Below, piece by piece: positions 53,642-59,422 of a stretch of 64,000 nucleotides of DNA. Source of the DNA: an uncultured Verrucomicrobiae bacterium (GTDB lineage Bacteria > Verrucomicrobiota > Verrucomicrobiia > Limisphaerales > Palsa-1400). The DNA lies in contig CAVXRD010000002.1 of NCBI GenBank assembly GCA_963764165.1, positions 1,504,001-1,568,000 on the forward strand. Reading direction: 5' to 3'. The translations under genes were made by a program, and so were the position numbers. Under the pieces are notes generated by a model that was given only the letters and a program-made list of their open reading frames with translations, was not told where the DNA came from and did no database searches. Within the stretch, counting starts at the first letter, position 1; the number at the start of each line of letters is the position of its first letter.

Positions 53642-53895
53642 TTATTTTATTCGCGGAAAAAAGTGGTTCCGCTCTCGGCCATCATAACGGCCTGTTTGCA
53701 TGCAGCATTTCTTGAAAGCTGCGTCCGGATCCGCAGGGACACGGGTCGTTGCGACCGAGCTTCTCGCGAAGCTCTTTGTTCGCATGCACGATTTGGAATC
53801 CTTTCTTGACTCGAGTCTCAGAGGGGAAACCTTTGCGACGTTTGCTGGTGATTTCGAAAAAAAGGCCCGTCATGTTCGTTTGATGTATTTGCCAT
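53642..53895 (-). CDS. SEC-C motif protein split by two +1 frameshifts
   Basis: AAGGAGG SD and ATG 53895; [15 protein letters not shown] in the +1 frame; FKKCC in the next +1 frame. Confidence 0.7.
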
Positions 53896-54081
53896 ATTGC
53901 CTCCTTCGTTAGGTGTTGTGGTTGAACATCGCTGCATTCGGCGATGAAAGTCCAATTGGCAGGGCGCGCGGATGGTTTACCTCGACCGACGGATGAGAGT
54001 GCCTGAAAATCGTTGAGGATTTTGGCTTTAGGCGATATGCCGATCTGTGAAAATGTCGCCTCTTGTGCTAATCAGGTTGTT

Positions 54082-54729
54082 ATGAGCGGGAGCCAACTGA
54101 TGGACTGCAGAGGTTTCGACATCGCGGATGCGAGAATGCCTCCTTTTTCTATTCGGACCGGCGAAATGGTAAATCTCCTACTTCCGGAGCATTGGGATGA
54201 GACCGAGTTGGTAAAATTGCTGACCGGGGCATCTCGGCACCCGAATATTTCATTGATGTCAACTGTAACCCTTGCCAACGAGTTAACATCAATCCCGAGC
54301 CATCGCCTTTCATTTTTCGGTCGATGGCGGAAGCAAAGAACTTTTAACAGGCCACTGATGACCTATTTGCAAAGAAAGGGTCTGAAAGAAACCGAAATCA
54401 ACGAAGCGATGCGAAAAACTAAAATGGACCTCTCGCTTCCCCTCAATTGCCTGAGCGGTAACGGCCGCTTGAGGCTTTCTGTAATGGTCGCTTTAAGAAA
54501 TGCGACGCTTGTGATCTTCGCGGACGCCGCGGTGGACTATGAGGGGCAGATGGGCGTCTTTGACGATGTCATCGAGGCCTTGCCTAATCATGGAGCGATT
54601 CACTTGTGTTACCCTGCGTATCGCGGGTTCAGTTCAACGCCCATTCCCCGAGCGGAACGCATACCGCCACATGTTCAGTTTACGAATGAAATTGCAATCA
54701 CACTTGCCCCGACGACGGGGGGTGATTGA
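54082..54729 (+). CDS. Hypothetical protein, degenerate ABC-ATPase-like, antisense to the RNA operon
   Basis: LSGNGRLRLSVMVAL...LVIFAD resembles the ABC signature and Walker B; no Walker A; lower GC. Confidence 0.55.
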   Translation: MSGSQLMDCRGFDIADARMPPFSIRTGEMVNLLLPEHWDETELVKLLTGASRHPNISLMSTVTLANELTSIPSHRLSFFGRWRKQRTFNRPLMTYLQRKGLKETEINEAMRKTKMDLSLPLNCLSGNGRLRLSVMVALRNATLVIFADAAVDYEGQMGVFDDVIEALPNHGAIHLCYPAYRGFSSTPIPRAERIPPHVQFTNEIAITLAPTTGGD

Positions 54730-54731
54730 AC

Positions 54732-54872
54732 CGACGGATAAAAAACGAACTGGGAGTTTACGTGCTCTACCGCTGAGCTACTCCGGGTGTTAGCACACGG
54801 CCAACGCCAGAGGCTGGACTCGAACCAGCGACCGCGTCCTTATCAAGGATAACCCAATCCTGCGACCCGTCG
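54732..54872 (-). ncRNA. YrlA-type Y RNA with permuted tRNA-like domain
   Basis: CGACGGGTCGCAG..GGGTTATC, T-arm GCTGG-TTCGAGT-CCAGC, closed acceptor-like stem, D-arm TAGCTCAGCGGTAGAGC, 3' ATCCGTCG. Confidence 0.85.
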
Positions 54873-54894
54873 AAAATGTCGGCGCAAATAATCT

Positions 54895-55007
54895 GACGGA
54901 CAAGGAGCGAGTTGGGTCGTCAGCCAGTTGCCTGACTGCGCGGAAGTCGAATCCGCTCATCCTGCAGAACAGGACTTTACCAGATAACCCAATATCATCG
55001 GCCCGTC
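54895..55007 (-). ncRNA. Y RNA-like gene
   Basis: GACGGGCCGATG..GGGTTATC, T-loop-like GCGGA-TTCGACT-TCCGC, 3' CTTGTCCGTC. Confidence 0.75.
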
Positions 55008-55013
55008 GTAAAT

Positions 55014-55091
55014 TGGACACTCCCGATGGGAATCGAACCCACATTTTCCGACCTAAAGCCGGACGTTCTCTCGCAGTTGAACTACGGGGTG
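55014..55091 (-). tRNA. tRNA-like gene with TTA (ochre suppressor-type) anticodon
   Basis: TCCGG-CTTTAGG-TCGGA, T-loop TTCGATT, bulged acceptor, CCA. Confidence 0.6.
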
Positions 55092-55095
55092 GTCA

Positions 55096-55223
55096 GATGG
55101 GCAAGTGGCGTGATCGAACGGAGGCACTCCATGCCGGGAATCGAACCCGGACCGCCAAGGCTTTCGCCACGGACGGTACACCCTCCTTATTTGTGGAAGA
55201 TAATCGATCAACTTCGGCCCATC
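55096..55223 (-). ncRNA. Y RNA-like gene
   Basis: GATGGGCCGAAG..GATTATC, CCGGG-TTCGATT-CCCGG, 3' CTTGCCCATC. Confidence 0.75.
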
Positions 55224-55227
55224 AAAA

Positions 55228-55303
55228 TGGTCAGGGCGACGGGATTCGCACCCGCACAGTCCGCGTCACAGGCGGAGATGCTCACTATTACATCACGACC
55301 CTG
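55228..55303 (-). tRNA. tRNA-His(GTG), atypical
   Basis: TCCGC-CTGTGAC-GCGGA, CCA. Confidence 0.75.
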
Positions 55304-55307
55304 GAAA

Positions 55308-55383
55308 TGGAGCCCCTGGTCGGACTCGCACCGACGTTTACGAGTTTACGAAACTCGCCCTGTTGCTTCTGAGGCACAGGGGC
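55308..55383 (-). tRNA. tRNA-Thr(CGT)
   Basis: CGAGT-TTCGTAA-ACTCG, GCCCCTG/CAGGGGC, CCA. Confidence 0.85.
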
Positions 55384-55391
55384 TGACAAAA

Positions 55392-55469
55392 TGGTGTCCG
55401 CGGCAGGACTCGCGCCTGCGACCTTCACCTTCGCAAGGTGACGCTCTGATCTAACTGAGCTACGCGGAC
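55392..55469 (-). tRNA. tRNA-Arg(GCG)
   Basis: TCACC-TTGCGAA-GGTGA, GTCCGCG/CGCGGAC, CCA. Confidence 0.85.
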
Positions 55470-55484
55470 AAATTGATTTGAAAA

Positions 55485-55595
55485 TGGCATCCGTGATCGG
55501 ACTTGCACCGAGTGCTTGCGCACGGCGACCAGTCCGGCTTGAAGGGCCAGTCGCTCGAGGGGTGGCCGTGCGCAAGCACCTTTGCATTCACGGAC
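55485..55595 (-). tRNA. tRNA-Glu(TTC) with two hairpin insertions
   Basis: CTGGC-CCTTCAA-GCCGG, GTCCGTG/CACGGAT, CCA. Confidence 0.65.
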
Positions 55596-55675
55596 GAAAT
55601 CCTCCAGGGAAGAGAACGCGACGTCGCCGCTCGCAGGCGGGCCTTAACGTTGTGCGCTCTCCTCTCTGGTAAAAA

Positions 55676-55750
55676 TGGCCCCTGAGGTCGGTATTGCGCC
55701 AACGTCTCTTCGTCTTCAGCGAAGCGCTAATCTGCCTCAGCTACTCAGGG
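55676..55750 (-). tRNA. tRNA-Phe(GAA)
   Basis: CTTCG-CTGAAGA-CGAAG, CCCTGAG/CTCAGGG, CCA. Confidence 0.82.
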
Positions 55751-55789
55751 GTGCTTGCGCACGGCCACCATTGCGCACGATCAAGTTTA

Positions 55790-55864
55790 TGGTCGTCCCG
55801 CACGGTAACGCTCCGCGGTCTTCCGGTTATCAGCCGGGCGCTCTTCTTTTGAGCTACGAGAACG
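55790..55864 (-). tRNA. tRNA-Ile(GAT), atypical
   Basis: CCCGG-CTGATAA-CCGGA, CCA. Confidence 0.75.
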
Positions 55865-55897
55865 TGAAAAGTGATGTCGTGCTCGGCCTTCGCTGAA

Positions 55898-56053
55898 TCA
55901 CGAATCGTTGGTCAATTGAGGTTTAATGCCGAAGCGATTGACCGGCCGAAACACGAGGTTCCACTTCGCAATCGGTCGGATTCGAATGGTTCGGCGCGGC
56001 TTGTAACTTCGCCGGTAGAGAAGGTGGCTCTGGAAACGGTTAACGGGTTTCAT
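55898..56053 (-). CDS. Small basic peptide (51 aa) inside the tRNA array
   Basis: GAAAGGAA SD, MKPVNRF...FRPVNRF repeat. Confidence 0.5.
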   Translation of the reverse strand: MKPVNRFQSHLLYRRSYKPRRTIRIRPIAKWNLVFRPVNRFGIKPQLTNDS

Positions 56054-56079
56054 GGTATTCCTTTCGTTGATGTTGAATT

Positions 56080-56202
56080 TGGCGGAAGGGTCTTGGCAGA
56101 CGGCCACCGGGTAACGCTCCGACCTCCGGTTTGAGCGGATTCTGTTTTCGGGACAGGCGCAGCCACGTGCTCGCGCACGGCCACAATATCTGCTTGCAGT
56201 CC
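56080..56202 (-). tRNA. tRNA-Ser(CGA) with two hairpin insertions, degenerate
   Basis: CTGT-CCCGAAA-ACAG, long variable arm, 3' TCCGCCA. Confidence 0.6.
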
Positions 56203-56398
56203 GCAAAACTGACTTTCAAACGATTTTCTGTCCATTAAGATTTCTGCGTGGCGAAGGGGAAGGGTCCGGCTTCCGAAAGGAAGCTTCCAGAGGCCGCGAG
56301 GCTGACCGAGCCCAGGGACTTGGGCACCGTTTGCGGAAATAGGATCAGGCGCAGACAATACCTTCGTCATAATCGTATCGGGCAAAAAGTTATCGAAT

Positions 56399-56472
56399 TG
56401 GCTGCCAGACTTGGACTCGCACCAAGACAAGCGGCTTAACAGGCCGCCGTGCTACTTTGACACCACCTGGCA
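56399..56472 (-). tRNA. tRNA-Asn(GTT)
   Basis: GCGGC-CTGTTAA-GCCGC, TGCCAGG/TCTGGCA, GCCA. Confidence 0.85.
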
Positions 56473-56479
56473 AATGCAG

Positions 56480-56617
56480 TGGCGCTGCCGGCAGGATTGA
56501 CTTCCCAAGTCCTGCAAGTCAGGTGCCCACATAAACATGTTCGCTATCGCGAACCGCAGTCTCACCTGCATCGTTCCGCTTAGAAGGCGGATGCCTCGTA
56601 TATTCGACCACGGCAGC
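56480..56617 (-). tRNA. tRNA-Arg(TCT) with an insertion of about 62 nt in the T-loop
   Basis: TCCGC-CTTCTAA-GCGGA, GCAGG...CCTGC, GCTGCCG/CGGCAGC, CCA. Confidence 0.7.
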
Positions 56618-56622
56618 AGAAA

Positions 56623-56714
56623 TGGTCGGAATGGCAGGATTTTCACCTGCTTGGCCGTCTGCAAAGACCCTCCCGGTCCCAGGCCGGGCGCTCTTAAGAC
56701 TGAGCTACATTCCG
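56623..56714 (-). tRNA. tRNA-Pro(TGG) with a hairpin insertion in the variable loop
   Basis: CCCGG-CCTGGGA-CCGGG, CGGAATG/CATTCCG, CCA. Confidence 0.78.
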
Positions 56715-56721
56715 TGAAGAA

Positions 56722-56797
56722 TGGCGGACCTGAAGGGAGTTGCACCCTCAACCCTCCCGCAGACAACGGGGCGCTCCGCTGATTGAGCTACGAGTCC
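56722..56797 (-). tRNA. tRNA-Asp(GTC)
   Basis: CCCG-TTGTCTG-CGGG, GCCA end. Confidence 0.8.
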
Positions 56798-56806
56798 GAA
56801 ATGAAA

Positions 56807-56896
56807 TGGTGGGAAACGCTGGTAATGCTCCAGTTCGTCACTTCCAGTTTTGTTTTGCGACACCCGATTTACAGTCGGGCAACTGGATCGCTTCCC
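56807..56896 (-). tRNA. tRNA-Tyr(GTA) lacking a D-arm, with long variable arm
   Basis: CCCGA-CTGTAAA-TCGGG, GGGAAGC/GTTTCCC, CCA. Confidence 0.7.
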
Positions 56897-56904
56897 TTGA
56901 AAAA

Positions 56905-56982
56905 TGGTAGCGGGAGTGGGAGTCAAACCCACCTGAAGAAGTTTATGAGGCTTCTCTCTGTGCGTCGGTCGAGTTTCCCGCA
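56905..56982 (-). tRNA. tRNA-Met(CAT) with 1:72 mismatch (initiator-like)
   Basis: GAAGC-CTCATAA-ACTTC, TGCGGGA/TCCCGCT, ACCA. Confidence 0.72.
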
Positions 56983-56993
56983 ATCAAATAAAA

Positions 56994-57068
56994 TGGTGGA
57001 GTCGGTGGGTAATGCTCCCACATAACCTTGCTTGCAGGGCAAGTGCATTGCTTGTCTGCCACGACCCC
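56994..57068 (-). tRNA. tRNA-Ala(TGC)
   Basis: CTTGC-CCTGCAA-GCAAG, G3:U70 present, CCA. Confidence 0.85.
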
Positions 57069-57075
57069 CGAAGAT

Positions 57076-57147
57076 TGGCAGGCTGCCTCCGTGCTGCCCG
57101 GAGTGAGCTGAGTTTTGGAGACTCGGCTGCGTGCTGACGCTCAGCCT
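57076..57147 (-). tRNA. tRNA-Trp(CCA), atypical
   Basis: GAGT-CTCCAAA-ACTC, AGGCTG/CAGCCT, GCCA. Confidence 0.72.
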
Positions 57148-57156
57148 GTGAAGAAT

Positions 57157-57230
57157 TGGTGCGGCTGCCGGGAGTTGCACCCGGACAATCGGCCTGGCAG
57201 GACGACATTCTGCTGTTAAATCACAGCCGC
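57157..57230 (-). tRNA. tRNA-Gly(GCC), first gene of the array
   Basis: TCGTC-CTGCCAG-GCCGA, GCGGCTG/CAGCCGC, CCA. Confidence 0.8.
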
Positions 57231-57575
57231 GGAAAGTAAGAGAGCCAGGAGCATCATTGCGCTCCTGGCTCTTGCCATTTCAATAAAGAACAAACACCTC
57301 TTGCTAGCTTGCGCTACCAACCCGCGGTTTCACGGCGGCTGTTTCGGTGTTTAGAGGCACACCTCCTGGGAAGCCTTTAGATTGTAAAATTCTTTTTTCT
57401 AGGCCTGGCGTAGCTAGCGACGATTGATAGACATGGACCATCGGTGACCAGCTATAGCTCGTCTTCGCTATTTTAAATTTGCTGCCAGAGGACATCATCT
57501 AGATGTCACGCTTTCTATGTTCACAGACTCACTAACCTTTCGTTATTCGCTTTTCATTTCGTCGGTTACGCAGGG

Positions 57576-57610
57576 AAAACAAAAACCCTGCTTACTTTCG
57601 CAAGCAGGGT
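57576..57610 (-). terminator. Intrinsic terminator (attenuator) in the array leader
   Basis: ACCCTGCTTGC-GAAA-GTAAGCAGGGT-TTTTGTTTT. Confidence 0.88.
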
Positions 57611-57634
57611 GGAGAAAAGGTCTATTTCAGTTCA

Positions 57635-57805
57635 TCACCTGCTTACAGCCAGTCTATCCGGATTGCCTTCGGTTTGTTTCCCGATCGAGGCCAAGGATAG
57701 TCCAAGGCTAAACACATAGCCCTGGTTGCACCGGCTATGACGTGTCGCCTTCGCGACTCGCATTGTCGGCCAATTCGTGGCTGATATGTTTAAGCAAGTT
57801 TTCAT
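57635..57805 (-). CDS. Putative 56-aa attenuator leader peptide
   Basis: MKTCLNISATNWPTMRVAKATRHSRCNQGYVFSLGLSLASIGKQTEGNPDRLAVSR; ends 25 nt before the terminator; last codons complementary to the terminator 5' arm. Confidence 0.7.
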   Translation of the reverse strand: MKTCLNISATNWPTMRVAKATRHSRCNQGYVFSLGLSLASIGKQTEGNPDRLAVSR

Positions 57806-57809
57806 TGAA

Positions 57810-57848
57810 CGTGTAAGACATGTAGCATAGCTCCTAGGTTACACGCAA
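57810..57848 (-). promoter_or_regulatory. Candidate promoter with overlapping inverted repeat (operator)
   Basis: TTGCGT-N18-TACATG with TG extension; CGTGTAA-N22-TTACACG. Confidence 0.45.
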
Positions 57849-57932
57849 GTAGTTTTTTAAAGTATTTTCTAGCAATGTCAGATTGAAGTATCCGGATTGA
57901 TTGATGGAATAGGGGCTTTGCTCGCAAAAAAG

Positions 57933-58538
57933 CTAGACCCGCAGATCAAAGGTGATGCCAGTCGGCCCAGCATTGATGACCGTTGTTGCGCCGAGCTGGG
58001 CGCGTTGGCCGGCGCTGGCATGGATATGCCCGCAAACCACTAAGGGCGGCTCCAAGCGCAAAATTGCATCGCGGACTGCCGTGCTGCCGAGGCTCCGACC
58101 CGACGAATCTTCGTCAACAAAGCGTTTCGGCGGCGAATGCGAAACCAGGACGGCCTTGGCCGGACAGGCGGAAAGCAATCGTTCTGCATCTTGCTCCGAA
58201 AAATCCCAACTCCAGCTCCCAAAAGGCGTCACCGGCACTCCGCCACCGAGGCCGAAAAACGTCACGCCATCGATCTCCACGCTCGTCGCCTGCAAAACGT
58301 GCGCGCTCTTCCAGTTCTTACAGGCGGCAACCAACTCTTCGTAAGATTCATTATTGCCCGCGACCAGGACCGCGGGGATGGGAATGTTGGCGAGAACATC
58401 AATGCAGCTCGAAACGTCTCGTCGCACGCTCGCAAAATCGCCAGCGCCAACAACGACATCGGCCCCGCGCGCCAGTTCGACAATCCGGGCCGCAGCCGCT
58501 CTGTCTCGGTGTAGATCGCTGAATAAAAACAGTTTCAT
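57933..58538 (-). CDS. Metallophosphoesterase (Icc-related)
   Basis: SDLH, GDF, GNNE, SHSPP, CGHIH. Confidence 0.88.
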   Translation of the reverse strand: MKLFLFSDLHRDRAAAARIVELARGADVVVGAGDFASVRRDVSSCIDVLANIPIPAVLVAGNNESYEELVAACKNWKSAHVLQATSVEIDGVTFFGLGGGVPVTPFGSWSWDFSEQDAERLLSACPAKAVLVSHSPPKRFVDEDSSGRSLGSTAVRDAILRLEPPLVVCGHIHASAGQRAQLGATTVINAGPTGITFDLRV

Positions 58539-59314
58539 GGAGTTGGGCGTGGGCCGGTTGGATGGGGCTTCCAGTCCAGACGCGCGCGGCAGACCTCTCT
58601 TCCGTCCGACTTTACCAGAGAATGGTTGAACACACCCAAATCGCATTGGTGGGTTCGGAGGACCAGGCTTTCTCCGTCGTGCGTCTCGTTCAAGTAGTTC
58701 ACTTCCAGAACATGTAAGAAGTGGCAGAGATGAAAGTCTGCGGGATATCCGTCCAGCATCCAATCGATGTATCGGCTGCTGTTCACGTGCTGATTTACGT
58801 CGATGTCGGAGTAATGGGCGGTAATTGGCGACTCGCTGTCCCAGGTTTCATTGCCGGCGAGCCTGGCGGCATCTCGCTTGAGCGCGGCGCTGCAGTCCAA
58901 GGCTGCCAGGTTCGGGAGAAGGTGGTGAATGCGCTGCGGCCGTTTTGAGTCGGCGTCGACCACTAACCAGGCGCTCGACCCCGCGGCGAATCGCGTCCCG
59001 GTTTCGGTTGAAAACTCAAACTCTCTCAACGCGAACGCGGACTTAATCCCACGCGGCCATGTCCTCAGAGTCACCCAGTCGCCCCACGTTGGGTATTGCT
59101 GCACCTCGAACAGAAAACGAGCCAATACCCAGAATTTTCCCTGGGCGCGGAGGTGTGTGCAGCCTATACCCAGGGCCTCGGCGTGATTCCAGGCCGCCTC
59201 AAGAAAACACCGACAGAGGCTGGGATTGGACGCCCGACGCGTAGCGTCAGCATCATATGAGCGAATTCGGAGTCGCTCAGTCCACACGGGCGTCCCTGTT
59301 GCGGAAATTGCCAT
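58535..59314 (-). CDS. Acyl-ACP thioesterase
   Basis: RSYDAD, TWPRG, DIDVNQHVNSSRY. Confidence 0.88.
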   Translation of the reverse strand: MAISATGTPVWTERLRIRSYDADATRRASNPSLCRCFLEAAWNHAEALGIGCTHLRAQGKFWVLARFLFEVQQYPTWGDWVTLRTWPRGIKSAFALREFEFSTETGTRFAAGSSAWLVVDADSKRPQRIHHLLPNLAALDCSAALKRDAARLAGNETWDSESPITAHYSDIDVNQHVNSSRYIDWMLDGYPADFHLCHFLHVLEVNYLNETHDGESLVLRTHQCDLGVFNHSLVKSDGREVCRARLDWKPHPTGPRPTP

Positions 59315-59422
59315 GCCTTGAGCTTTGCACGCCGACGGATCCAAATCGAGCTTCGGAGATACCACCGACCGTTGACGCGGTCCGACTCGCCGAGTACCTG
59401 CTAAATCAACGAAAGGCTGGTT

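Noticed and set aside
54760..54835. Ordinary tRNA
   Set aside because: The T-arm precedes the D-arm and there is no anticodon arm or CCA; this is YrlA-type permutation
53555..55223. Recurring GATAACCC...CGGCCCG motif as a CRISPR array
   Set aside because: Copies are divergent and irregularly spaced and no cas genes are present; they are explained as Y RNA stems
55013..57208. Many short ORF-track ORFs across the array
   Set aside because: They overlap tRNA and Y RNA genes and have no protein motifs
57304..57498. 64-aa ORF in the array leader as a gene
   Set aside because: No convincing SD or motif; a non-coding leader is equally plausible
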